DNA of 53,962 bases, filler included, from Jimgerdemannia flammicorona (lineage: Eukaryota): the NCBI GenBank assembly GCA_003990765.1. It is 2 parts of 2 records of this genome, joined end to end, with 100 filler letters (N's around TTAATTAATTAA, not from the genome) between each part and the next. Parts side by side here need not be neighbours in the genome. Positions count along the whole stretch, not along the records: positions 27,032 to 53,962 come from RBNJ01000677.1; 1 more part is not named here. One strand, written 5' to 3'. The position numbers and the translations under genes are program-made. The stretch's first letter is position 1, and each line of letters opens with the position of its first letter. Shown one piece after another: positions 34,393 to 48,297 of this stretch. The notes beneath the pieces were generated by a model. The model was given only the letters and a program-made list of their open reading frames with translations, was not told the origin of the DNA and did not search any database.

Positions 34393-37300
34393 AAGGAGAA
34401 AGTACACCTCCATCAAGTCAACTAACTTTAGAGGAATTCTCCCCAGCAAGTATACTGCCAACCAGTCAAACTATACAAGAATCTCATCCTGGAGTCTGGA
34501 GAACAAACCACCTTTGAAAACTTTGCACCACCTGACCCCAGAAATCTCTTCTTTGAACCCAATAAAGATATCCCACACCTGGACATAGAAGGACACACCT
34601 TCTCAAACAAGATGAACCCAGTGCACTCCTGAGCAATCAACCAAAGTTGGGAAACCATCATTATGCCAATAGGATCTATTATAGGACACCTGGTGCCTTT
34701 TCTCTACCAAACTCATAGGAAAGTTGATGAACTAAACCTATCAGGAAACAGTAAAAGGTCTCAGAAGAAAGGAAAGGCCCCTCTACGACCTAGGAGACAG
34801 TGAAGCCTTCCACCAATATTAGAGGAGAATTGACACTCCAGCAACAGCAATAACTAGTAGAACTTCTCAACAAATATCAAGATGTCTTCACTACTGATTA
34901 TGGCAACCTGCCATACAACCCATCATATTACCACAGTATAAAAACAGAAAATATAAAACCCATCTGGCAGAAACCCTATAGAATATCCCATTACTTAAAA
35001 ACATTCAAAAAGGAGCACATTCATGAACTATAGAGTCATCCAACCCTCTACCAGCCCCTAGACCAGCCCTATACTTATCATACAAAGAAAGGAAGATAGA
35101 GGCTCTGTGTAGATTACAGGAAACTCAATTCAGTCACTGAAAAAGATGCCTATCCTTTGCCCAGAATTGATGACCTTTTGGATCAGTTACAAGATACCAG
35201 ATACTTCAGCAGTATGGACCTTTTCACAGGATTCCATGAGATCTCCATAGACCCCAAAGACATTCAAAAGACAGCCTTTCTTGCTCTAGGAAAACTGTTT
35301 GAATATCTCCAAATACCTTTTGGACTTTATAATGCATCTCCCACCTTTCAGAGGATGATGAATTCAGTCTATGCCCCCTTAATCCACTACTGCCTGATTG
35401 TATACATGGATGATTCCAACATCTATTCAGCAAATTTCGAAGAACACCTGCACTACCTAGAAGAATTCTTCAAGCTCACCTGTGAGAACCATCTGAGACT
35501 AAATGCAAAGAAATGCTACTTTGGGAAACAGAAACTTGAATTTCTTGGATTCATAGTTTTGAAAGAAGAAACTCATGCAGACCCCAAGAAAACCAAGAAG
35601 ATCAACAATTGGCCAGTACCCAAGACTCTGAAGGAAATATTATCATTCCTGATGCTAGTATCCTACTATAGAAAGTTTATCAAGGACTTTGCCCAAATTG
35701 CTACTCCAATCCGAGTCCTTCTCAAGAAAGAAGTACCATCCAAATAGACAGAATCACAAGAGAAAGCCTTCAAAGAACTCAAGAACTGCAGGACTACAGC
35801 ACCAATCCTTGTACACCCCAATCTACAGAAGCCATTCATCTTGTATACAGATGCTTTCAAAGATGGCCTTGGAGCAGTACTAGTCCAAGAAGAACCTGAT
35901 CAACAATATCATATGATAGCTTATGCAAGCAGAGCTACCAATCAGCAGCAGATGAATTACGGCAGCACCAAATTGAAGTGCCTTGCAGTCATATGGGTGG
36001 TCACTCTGTTCAAGCATTACCTCATCAGAAAAAGGTTCACCCTGATTACAGATCATGCAGCCCTCAAATGGCTATTCAACTGTAAGGAACCTACCAGTAT
36101 TCTGGCCTGCTGGATCCTTATCCTTCAAGATTACAAAATCACCATCATTCACAAAGCAGGGAAAGCCCATAACAATGTTGATGTACTTTCCTGCCAGTCC
36201 CAATGAACCAGAAGAAGGGTGTTCCAAGGAACTATACCCTAAAGGAAGCTCCTCAGACCATCAAGGCACAAGAAGATCTCATCCAAAAAGAACATCAGAT
36301 AGCCCACCAAGGACAGGCAAATATAGAAGAGAAGCTGTGAACAACACACCAACATTGGCCCAACCTCAGAACACAAGTCTGGGACATACTCAAGAAATGT
36401 GACACCTGCCAGAAGTACCAAGGAAGGAAGAATTACCAAGCACCACTGCAACCAATTGTACCACCAGATGATATCTTTCAGAGATGGAGAGTAGATATAA
36501 TTGGACCCCTATCAGTCACACTAAGAAGGAAAAAATACATCCTTATATTTGTAAAACATCTGACAAAGTGGCCCAAGGCTTTCCCAATGGAGATCACAGA
36601 TGTCTTAACCATTGTAGGCCTCCTTCATGGACTCACACTCAGATATGGACCCCCAGACGAACTTATCTCTGACTGAGGCACAGAATTCATCAACAATATA
36701 ATTACAAGTTATGCCTGAATTCACAAGATCCACCTCAAATGGACTACATCATACTACCCTCAGACCAATGGTATGACAGAAAGAATGAACCAGACCATCA
36801 AGAAAGAAATTGCCTAAGTCAATTCTACCAACTGGGACCTCTGCTTACCTGAGATCCTATGGGAAATTCGGAACACCCCTGCTACCTCCACCAAACAAAA
36901 GCCATTTGAAATGATGTTTACCAAGAGGACCAGAACTACTGACCATAAGAACCTTGGAGATCTCCTCAAAAAGGCAGAACAGTTATGTAATTAGACCCAA
37001 GTCCAGATTGTCAAAGCCCAGGAAAGACAAAAGAAGTACTATGACCAGAAACAGAAGGACTAGAAAATCAATATTGGAGATCAAGTATTGGTTTGGAGAA
37101 GCATGATTGAAACAACTTTGTCACCAAATTGGAACTCAAATAGGAAGGATCTTATCTTGTACACAACATCAGAGGAACCAGCATCTATTTAAGAAGCATA
37201 GATAGACAAATCCTGAGGACACCAGTATATATCAATTGCCTTAAGATATACCTTTCCCCACATCATGAATCAAAGAGTTGACAACTGCCTCCAGACCCTT

Positions 37301-37811
37301 GTCCTCAGCTCATTTTAATCACTGCTAGCTCCCCTACCCCAATTTTGAGAAATCAATAGGACTACCCTCCAGAAATTTCAGATTCATCAAGAGAATCTTG
37401 TCCTGGCCAGATAATTGCTACAGGTCCACCAACTTCAGGCCCACTATGCAATTGGAGAACAATTGCAGAACCTCCCAGCCCCAGAACAAACATACATCAG
37501 AAGCACTACAGGACTATCAAGAAGGGATATTACTGCTGCAGACAGGCTCTATACTATTTATAAATGTAACCCTACAGCCTTATTATAAACACAATTCTCC
37601 TAGTGAGATGTATGAAGAATGAACCTGACCACCTAACTAAGCATTATTAATGCTGTCAAAATCCTATTCCCAGAAGAAGAAGAAGAACCCTTAGAATGGA
37701 GTAATCATGGTACAGATAATGAAGTTGATGGAATAGGTATTGATGCAAAAGATGCTTACCTACACTGAGATAATGACTGAAGAACAGTCTGGGACAGACT
37801 ATCCTTCAGTA

Positions 37812-39149
37812 GGAGAAACCAAAACGTGCAATCTGAATTATAACTTAGCCAGATAACATGAACACATAGCATAGTAACTAGCAACCATTGCAGTGGAAAA
37901 CTATATAAATAGCCAGACTACTAGATATGGTATATCTGTGCAAAACCTGCACACCTGTATAAGACTTATACATCTGTGCAAGACCTGTACACCCATGCAA
38001 GACTTACATACTTGCTATAGATAGCAATCTATAATTAGCAACATAGTAACCAGATAGCAACCACAACTGTATAAAATACCCCAGAGACAAGAGTGAATAA
38101 ACCTCAGTCTGAATTAAATCTAAAGCAAAAGTCAAGTCTGCCTACCACACTTTAAGAGGAACTCTATAGCCACTGCTAGGAGATTGTGAGCTTTGCCTTT
38201 TCCCACTTCAGTCCACTTTCCAATACAAAGAATAAGTCTGTTTTTGATTTACTTGCTAGATAAGCCTGAAGAATTGCCAGCCAAAGTTCAAGGAAGAACT
38301 TTGCCACCATTTGAGTAATCCATCACTTAAGGAATAAGCCACCATTTCCAAGTTATCTGTATTCCCAGAAAAGCCTAAGAGAAAGCCACCTTGCATAAGC
38401 CAGTTTCTGATGCAACTTTGTAGTAAATCTGTTCATGCAAATAAAGCCAGTCTTTGACAAAATGTTGCCAAGAGACCCTTTCTCAAAAGCTGCCCATTAT
38501 ATTTCTGAGTTGAAGCTACCAATTCAGAAAGAATCTATGCCATCTGAGTTATTTTCCAGAAGCCCACCGATTTAAGAAGAATCCATGCCACCTGAATAGT
38601 ATTCTCAGAGAACCTGCTGATTCAGGAAGAATCTACAACATCTGAGTTATTAGTTTGTTCCCAGTGAGTCTGAGTTATTGAGTTATCTGCCACTAGTATT
38701 ATTCTCAGTAAGCTACCATTTTAGAGAAGCTGCAGCCAAATCAAGTTATTTGCCAAATAGCATACTTTTGGAGATTGTCATACTACACAAGATCATCATG
38801 CAGAAATCACATAAAGAAACCACCAAATTGCCAGACCATCATATATAAGGAACCCATTGTGCTACATAAGATCATCACCCAGAAATTGCATAAGGAACCC
38901 ACCATGCCACACAGAGATTGTCATGCTATACACGAAATTCTACCAATTCCCAGTTGACCCAAGTACATCCAGAGAACAGTCCTGATTAGGAAACTGCTAT
39001 ATAATTGACCGCTATATCCAGAACTTGACTATTATACCACTAAACACTAAGAACATTTTGTTGCTTTTAATAAAGTAACTGAGGACTCAAGCCAAACTAC
39101 ATCAACCCCCAATCTTGTAATTTGCCTCTATTGAGCTGGGCACATTACA
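37812..39149 (+). repeat. 3' LTR of the Gypsy element
   Basis: Homologous to 28988-30288 from AAACCAAAAC to GCACATTACA; many transitions and some indels. Confidence 0.88.
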
Positions 39150-39685
39150 ATAGATATAATGTGTAATATTGTTAAATACTTTAATAAACCTCTTATAATA
39201 AGTAATAAGTCTCATATAGACTTGAGCTTCAGTAACTGTGGTGGGTCTTAGATAGGGAGTCACTGCTTAAATCTTAATAGAGTTTGTGTGGGTTTCAGTC
39301 TAATTGAAACTATGTCCAAGGTAGAAAATTTCAATTTCTACAAACTTATACTTCTTAGACTTGATGAATATATTATACTCTCTCAATATCTATAAGATTT
39401 AGTAAATATAGTTTACATATTCTTTAACTGTCTTGCTGAAGATAATTATATAATCTATATAGACTATCATATATTTTCCTATATTATCTCAAAAGATCTT
39501 ATTTATTATTCTCTGTAAACTTGCTAAGGTATTAGATATTTTAAATAGCATTTAAAGCTAGACATAGATTCCATCTGAGATAATGAAAGCTGACTTTTAC
39601 TAGCTTCTTTGGTGAGACTAATTTGATAGAATTCTGAGTATAAATATAAGATAGTGTAATATTATACTTCATCTTCTAGTATTCC
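39150..39685 (-). pseudogene. RT core of a second, older Gypsy (continuation of 49911-53700)
   Basis: Minus strand reads YYTILYLYSEFYQI..SAF..MLFKISNTLASLQRIINKIF..IVYIDYIIIFSKT..KSKKYKF..YLGH..TYYKRFIK, a decayed Gypsy RT. Confidence 0.75.
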
Positions 39686-42600
39686 AGTTGGAAAAAGCAT
39701 TTTTATTGAGTTTGCATAGGATATATATTTCATGTATTACTGATGGATAACATAAAACTCATGAAATCACAAATTATGTATTGATATATTAAGTTGCTAT
39801 CCCAACGCTTCCACTCAATGAGATATGTATATATAAAAAAGAACATAAAATGTACTCAAAAAAAATAAAAATAAAAATAGAATACAAATTAGAATAGAGG
39901 TAAACTAGAGCAAACTAAATATGACCAACAGGGTGCTATCTAGATAACTGCAGAAGGTCAAAATATCTCTGCTTTTAAGTATAAAATTAGGTAAAGAATA
40001 TAGTAGAATACCAGTAATACAGAAATTTTGCTGGTCAAAAAGTGTTTTGAAATATCTGAAATATTTACAGAAATATAATACAATATTATCCATACAATCC
40101 ACTTATAGACAAGAGATGTAACCAATATATATGTGGATGTAGGTGTAGTATGAGAGGCTTTTAACAGCCTGAAAAGTATTCTATAATCAACTAGAAAGAT
40201 CCATTCCTTTAGTGCACTGCTCAAACTTTAGCTTTGGAAGGGCTTTAGTAAGTGAATCAGCAGTCATATACTCTATGAGAATGTATTCCAGATATATAGT
40301 ACTGTTTTCTATGCATTCATAAATGAAATAATACTATATAGTAATATGTTTTGTTCTGCTGTAATATATTGGATTCTTGGCAAGCATTATCATTGATTGA
40401 TTATCTTGCTTGATTAGCATAGAGTTCTATTTCTAAGTGAAGCTGCGCTCTTTTAATAGCTCATAAAACCAAATGGTTTCCTTTATTACCAATGATAATA
40501 CCTAGTACTCTGCCTATATTGAGAATATTGCCATAGAACTCTGCTTGCATGTTTGCTATAAAATAATAGATCTTTTATTACTAATATAGTAGAGATACCC
40601 AGTTGTAGATTAATGCTCATCTAAGTCTCTACCCCAATTAGTATCATAAGCACCAGATAGCCAGATGCCATTACTCTTATTATTGCTCCTGCTTAATCTA
40701 ATATTACTATTCAATATAAGTATATAGTATACTGATATCTTTAAGTATCAGAAATCCTCTTAATAGTGCTCTAGTGTGAATTATCATAGTAGGAGAAGTA
40801 TTGCACCACCTTGTTAATAGTATAGGATATATTGGGTCTTATTCCTAATATGAGATACATGAGAGAACTGACCACTTATTAATAGGGGATATTATTGGTG
40901 CTGTTCTTATTGTCATCATTCTCAGATATAGTGTTTGGCTTTCTTAACTTTATAGAAGTGTCTATAGGAGTACTGATGTGCTTGCAATTACTTATATTGA
41001 TGTATTCAAGAATGGCTTTGGTATATGTCACTTGCAAGAGATATATAGTGCATATATTCCTATTATATGTAATTGATATCCCCAAAAGGAAGAATGTATC
41101 ACCCATATTAGTCATCTTGAATTCTTGGTATTAAGTCTCCTTTACTCCATTAAGCTTATTCTTGCTGACTATAATGACAATATCATTAATCCATATACTG
41201 ATAAATACTATGTCATTATCATAATACTGGACATATATATAATTGTCTGCTTTACAATGCTTGAATCCATTATTAAGGAGATGTTTATTGATCATTTTAT
41301 TCTATAAGCATACTGCTTACTTAATGACATATAATCCTTTGTGTAGTTTGCATATGAGCTTGCTGTTCTGATTGTTGTAAAGTTCATATCCTTATAGTTA
41401 ATGAATATATAGTTCAGTATTTACATCATCATTCAGAAAGGCTGTCTTAATATATATCTATTTAGTGAATTTCTAAGTCATATAGTGCACCAATCACAAG
41501 AAGTATTCTAAAAAAAGTAAGTTTAAATACTGGTAAGAAGATTTCATCATAATCTATACTATAATCTTACAAGTAACTCTTAGCAATAAAATGAGCTTAA
41601 TACTACTCTATGTCATCATTAGTATTGCACTTTATCCTATATACCCATCTTGATCTAATTACTTTACAGTTTGGTGAAAGAGATATTAGATCCCATATAC
41701 TATTCTTGATAAGTAAATTATATTTCTCATCTATTACTTGTTTCCTTTTCTTGCCATCAGGATTGATTATGACTTTATTATATATCTTAGCTCACTGGAA
41801 GATGTCACAATATATGTGTATTTGTATACTTCGTATAGCTCATATGGTCTTTATATTGCTGTCAAGAGTCTGTTGGTATATCTCAATAATTGTCTAGTTC
41901 TAAATAAGTTTCACAGAAAATGTTGGAGCACTTTTGCATTTATTTACCCTTTATAGAGGATTCCTCGTTATTGGAGGATTCACCATCATCATCTTTGATC
42001 TCCATTATTCTTGGCTCAGGTATTTCTGGCTCAGGTATATATAGTGATTGATAATAATTTTGATTAACTACTAGAGAGATGGATGATAATTGTACTGATT
42101 GCTACATTTATACTGGCTGGAATATAAATGTAGGGGTTTCAACTAGTACTTCCATATAGGGTTCCAAGCTATTTTCTTTTTCTCTGAAGAATATATCATG
42201 CAAGATGACTATATACTGCTTGTGTAGATTCTATAGCTAGTATACCTTGCTAGAATACCCAAGAAACATGTGCTTGCTTGTCTTGGGTTCGAATTTGTCC
42301 TGGATAGGATTGCTTTTATTAAGGATATATATGTCAGATCCAAATATACATAGATGGGATATATCCAGCTTTATTCCAATCTATAATTCTTTAGGAGTGA
42401 GATTATCATCCTTATACTTGTTGTTGTTGCCAGCTTTCTTGCTTAGTGATTGAGATATGCATCTATTGCAGATATATACTACTGTGTTGATGGCTTCAGC
42501 CCAATAGAAATATCCTAATCCAGTAGTATTAATTATCATATACACCATTTCTATGACCATATAGTTAAATCTCTCAGCTACACCATTCTGCTAAGATGTA

Positions 42601-43229
42601 TAGGGAGCTGTCATTTGATGAGTTATATCATATTTTATCAGGAACTGCTTGAACATATAATGGACATATTTGTATCTATTATCTAATCATATAGTACATA
42701 TTCTATGTCCAGTTTTGTTCTTGGTGATTACTTTGAATTCTTTGAATTTATCCAAGGCTTGACTCTTTGCAAATAGAAGATATATATATGTATACTTTAC
42801 ACATATAATCATTAATGAATATGAGAAAATATCTCTTGCCAGAATATGATGCATAAGGTCTAGGATCCTAGATATGCGCTTTAATCATTCTTTGAATGGT
42901 CACTGAGATGTTTTGTTTATCACACAATCTTTACAGAAACTATTATACAGATGTACTACCAGTAATCCTCTGACAGATTCCCTCCTTATCATCCATTCAA
43001 GGCTCATCTTGCCAATATGTCCTAAGCATTAATGCCACATGTTGGATATATCAGGTATGGTTGTTATATATGCAGAGGCTTTTATGCTTCTTGAATTGAT
43101 TATGTAAAGATTGCTACATTTTGAGGCTATCATTAATCTCTTGTATCATGCGAATTATATACTATTATGTCTTTTGAATATATATATATCACTTTGTTGT
43201 TATGGGTCATCATTTTGCCTATAGAGAAG

Positions 43230-46200
43230 TATTGAAATATGTAGGTTACAACTCGATATATGGTGGCACAGCCTTCCTTGACTACGTCATCATGTAAACG
43301 TCACTAATTGTGACACATAAAAGCATGTAAGAATTAGCAATAAACAGTTTGCTTCTCTCTCCAAAGTCTATATTCCACCACAGGTTATGAGCCCTGCTTA
43401 GCGGCTATAATACACCCTCTAACACACTATGCTATACATGAATACAAGCAGTGCTGCAGCACGCCAAGCCCCAGCGGTAACACAGGCTCGGATACTGGCA
43501 TGGATATGGCAGCCCCCATTACGATGATGACGACAACAACGATGGTGGCGCCTACAACTATAAACACGGTTTAAAGGATGATTCCTGTCTTTGATGGTAT
43601 GGATTACACCATATGGGCGTATCATATGAAGAATCTTCTTGAAGAATGCAGTTTGGGGGACTATTGAAAGCCACAGGTACAGATTACGGGATACGACGCT
43701 ATTAACAATCATAAGGTGCTAAGGGAGATTATGTTTACCCTTTCGAATGCGCAAATGAAGCTCGTAATCAATGCTATGATGGCGAATGAAGCCTGGGACA
43801 TCTTGCGGAATCACCACCAACAAGCATCCGCTTCGAACAGATTCCACTTGAAGGCGCAATTATTCAATCTTCGAATGAAGTCAACGGAGAACATCCAGGA
43901 ATATGCCAACCGAGTTGGCAAGCTGCGAATCAAGTGAATTCCCTTACAACTATGCCAGGGGACACCATTAGGGATGAAGACAAGGTCCTGACCCTTACAC
44001 GAGGCATACAACATTTTCGTTGCAGCTATGAGAGAGTCCAGCAAATTATCGGATTACAAGCACATCATCATGAGCCTATTAAACGAGGAAACAAGGCTGA
44101 ATGCCAAGGAAGACAATGATGGCAAGGAAAAAGCCTTTTACAGCAGAGCACATAGACGAGGCAATGGCAAAGGCAAGTCGAATAAAGGCCGAGACAAGAG
44201 CCAGCAATACGACAGTCAGAAATTCACTGGGAAATGCTTCTATTGCGATAAGCTCAGACATTGTGAAAAGGACTGCAACCGCAAGAAAAAGGAGAAAGGC
44301 AGACAACAGCAGGCAAATACAGTGGACACCAATAATGACAGCGGCGGCAATGGGGGAGGTCTATTCTTTGCAGAAGCAGTAACCTACCCATATGCAGAAG
44401 CGGGAGATAATTTAAAAAACAATGCCAGTTGCAAATGCGGCGGCAATTCGACATCTACAAATCCTGATAAAGGAAACACTCTTCAGACAGCGAAAAATGG
44501 TGACGTCAACGTCGGCGCCAGTGCAAATGTAAGCTATACGCTGAACAGCACTTATGCATGCAGCGAAGAGGTCTGGCTCATGGATTCGGGCATAATACAG
44601 CATATGATGGCTCACCAGGAGTGGTTGTCTATGTACAAGGAGTTTGAGCATCCCATACCTATCAAGCTAGGTGACAATAACGTCATTTATGCTTAAGGGA
44701 AAGGCAACATAGGCATACATCTACATGGAAACATTGATAAACCTTCAGGCACCTTCGTGGATGTACTATACGCTCTAGATATAGGCAAGAACCTCTTCTC
44801 AATAGGCCGGATGATGGCTCGCGGGGACAGAGGAGTAAATATATGCCCAAACGGTGTAACGGTAATCAATCTGAAGAACAATAAGGAGTTAATGTATGCA
44901 TCGAAAAAGGGGAATCTATATGCAATCAATGGCATGCCGAGTGGCACTACATCTGCATATTCTGCAACTACGACAGGAGAGGATTTCTGGCATATAATGC
45001 ATGAACGCTTAGGACATATCAGTAAAACAAGTCTCGAACAGATAGTAAGGAGCAAGTCTGTGTATAGTTTACCAGACTATATGCCACCAGATTTCTTTTG
45101 CAATGGATGCGCAGCAAACAAGGCTTCCTGGCAACCTTTTCAGGAACAAACGAAGCAAGCAACTGGCATTCTCGATTTGATTCATACAGATATTTGTGGC
45201 CCCATGCGAATGGTATCACACTCTGGGAAGAAGTATTTTATTACATTCATTGATGATTATATATGCAAAGTCCACGTATATCTCATTGCGGGGAAAAACG
45301 AGGCATTCAACAAATTCCAGGAATTCAAGGCAGCCATGGAGAATGAGATAGGACGTAGAATATGAACCCTAAACTCAGATAATGGCAAAGAATAAGTCAA
45401 CAAAGGTTTCAGACACTTCTTGAAGAAGAACAGTATATAGCACTCTACAACAGCCTCTTATGCACCTCAACAAAATGGCATGGCAGAACGATTCAATTGA
45501 ACAGTAGTGGAAATGGCTAGAACGATGATAAATATGGCCGGCTAACCGAAGTCCTTTTGGGTGGAAGTGGTGAATATGGCGGCATATATTCGAAATCATT
45601 GTTTCTCTCGAGCTCTAAGCAAGGATCCCAGCAAGCAATCCAGGAATGACAGCAATCTTACCCCTGAGGAATTATAGAATGGATCCAAGCCTGACATTTC
45701 ACACTTACGCATGTTTAGAAGCAAGGCATACATTCTGGACACAAGTTTGAACCTAAGGCAGATAAGCATATATTCCTTGGATACAATGGAGCGGGATACA
45801 GACTTTGGAATCCACAGAAACGACATATGATTATTTCACGCAATATACAGTTCAAGGAGACTAAGCAGGAAATTTATGTGGAAATTCCTATCTCGAATCC
45901 GACAGTGAATCTGACAGTGAATTCGATAGTACAGCCAGTGATATCTACGCCAACTGCAAAGGCTAGCAGAACAACATCTACACCCGGAATGACACTGTAG
46001 ACTACGCCAAAGACATCCTTGGGACCTATGCCAGTGAAAGTGCAACCCATTCAAATGGCAATGAAGTTGCAAGAACCAAGGATAATGGAAATTATGGATG
46101 AGGATGACAAAGAGGATACCTCTCCGAAGGGCAAACAAAAGCACAAATCCAGAGTTCTAGATACAGATTAGGAGGTTATTGGGACCTGCCTAAGACATCC

Positions 46201-48297
46201 CGTCATGGCAACAATAGTGGACATCACTTGAACTATGCTGATTCTTACGAATGCACATATATTGCAATGACCAGTGAACCAGAGAACTACGACGAAGCCA
46301 TTCACTCAAATGATAAGAAGGAGTGGAGAAGGGCTATGGACGAGGAGTACAGTTTACTCATCGAAAACAACACTTGGGATCTAGTAAGCCTTCTGGCAGA
46401 GCGACAAGCTGTAGGATCGAAGTGGGTCTACAAGATCAAGTGTAAGGCTAACAGTAATGTAGAATGATATAAGGCTCGATTTGTAGCAAAGGAGTACTCG
46501 CAAGGCTACGGCATAGACTATGATGAGACATTTTCCCCAGTATTTAAGTTGACTTCGCTTAGAATACTTCTTGCGATTGGAGCCAAGTACGACTATGAAA
46601 TACACCAAATGGACATAAAGACAGCATTCTTGAATGGTGATGTAGATACGGAGTTATACGTATGACAACTACAAGGATACGAACTATACGACAATGACGG
46701 AAACGAACTTGTATGTAAATTATACAAAGGGCTCTATGGAATTAAGCAAGCGGCAAGGTTGTGGAATTGAAAGATCGATGGATATCTTCTAGACAACGGA
46801 TTCAAGCATTGTGAAGCCGATTCATGTATATATACCCAACATACATCCTCAGGAACGGTATACCTGGGAATTTGGGTTGACGATATTATTTTAGTCAGAA
46901 CGGCAAGTGAAATCAATGATGTAAAGGCTACACTACACCAGGAATTCAAAATGACAGACTTAGGCGAAGCATCCTATCTCTTTGGAATATCGATTACACA
47001 TAACAGGCGCAAGTGTGCTATACACCTAACGCAAGCCACATACATTCGAAATATTCTCAAGCGATTCAGGATGAGTGAATGCAAACCAGTCAGGATACCT
47101 ATAGAAACATTCGTGAAACTAAAGAAGTCTAACACTATGCCCGATGGAAATGACATCCCCTATCGACAAGCTGTGGGATCCCTCATATATCTTATACAAG
47201 GGACGAGACCTGATATCTCTTTTGCGGTAAACAAAGTGGCGCAGTATTCTTCATGCTATGACAATAGCCATTGGACAGCAATCAAGTGAATTTTCAGGTA
47301 CATCAAAGGAACTGCAGACTATACGCTCAGTTTGGGTGGTGATAATGGGCAAAGCGGGAGTACTATATGCCTATTTGGTTCTTGTGATGCCGATTGGGCC
47401 GGCGACTTAGATGACAGAAGGTCTATGACTGGATACATCTTTAAAGTAAACAACGGAGCCATTTCGTGGCAAACGCATAAGCAATCTTCAGTTGCAATAT
47501 CCTCTATGCAAGCAGAATATCAAGCGTTGTCAATGGCAACAAAGGAGGCTATCTGGCTTTGAGAACTGTTAAAGGAGCTGGGATACAAGCAATGACACTC
47601 TATGCTTCTCCAGCAAGATAACCAATCAATGATTGCTTTGGCAAAGAATCCTATACACAACACTAGAATGAAACACATCGATATACAGCATCATTTTATA
47701 TGGGAATGCGTGGAAAACGACACTATATACCTGGAATACACTCCAACGGAGTGTATGATAGCAGATTCATTAATGAAAGCCCTCCCAAAGACAAGATTTG
47801 ATCTATGTGTAAAGGGAATGGGAGTTATGGCAGCGAAAACTATACGCCAGCAATAAAAACAGCAACAATAGTGAGCTATATGGAAGTATTTCGGCGAATC
47901 AATTTCGAAATCTATTTCATATTCAATGCATTTCTTTTCCCTATCACTACATTGCAGATTTCTACCAACATTGCTCATCTACGAATGTTCACATCTCTAC
48001 TTTTCAACCTATTTTTTGAGCTTTAAGCAGGCAATTCAAATGTTTTTCGGTTTCTAGATAGTGGTCTGAATATTGCAGCGAGATTTGCAGTGGTTATAGC
48101 TTAGTATTGCAGTTTGGGAATTTGCATATCTCGTTGAGTGGGAGTATTGAAATATATAGGTTACAACTCGATATATAGTGGCGCAGCCTTCCTTGACTAC
48201 GTCATCATGTAAATGTCACTAATTGCGATGCATAAAAGCGCGTAAGAATTAGCAATAAACAGTTTGCTTCTCTCTCCAAAGTCCACATTCCACAACA
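43230..48297 (+). mobile_element. Younger complete Ty1/Copia retrotransposon (5068 bp), inactivated by nonsense mutations
   Basis: 153-bp LTRs 43230-43382 and 48145-48297; perfect 5-bp TSD AGAAG; zinc knuckle CFYCDKLRHCEKDC; PR WLMDSG; IN HERLGH..CNGC..LIHTDICGP; RT HQMDIKTAFLNG, WVDD; RH CDADWAGD..KHIDIQHHF; PPT GAGTGGGAG. Confidence 0.97.
43383..43397 (+). promoter_or_regulatory. Half-tRNA(iMet) primer binding site (Ty5/copia, hemivirus type)
   Basis: GGTTATGAGCCCTGC directly after the 5' LTR is complementary to the anticodon arm of initiator tRNA-Met (GCAGGGCTCATAACC). Confidence 0.85.

Larger units (their letters stand above)
28988..39149 (+). mobile_element. Near-full-length degenerate Ty3/Gypsy LTR retrotransposon (gag-PR-insert-dUTPase-RT-RH-IN)
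   Basis: ~1.3-kb LTR pair; gag from ~30847; protease ~32311-32690 (ILINKGAA, YDIIFSIN); RT RLCVDYRKLN..YPLPRIDDLL..PFGLYNASPTFQR..YMDD; RNase H LYTDAFKDGLGAVL..LITDHAAL; integrase ELISD*GTEF, YYPQTNGMTERMN; Gypsy domain order; exact left boundary and TSD unresolved. Confidence 0.92.
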
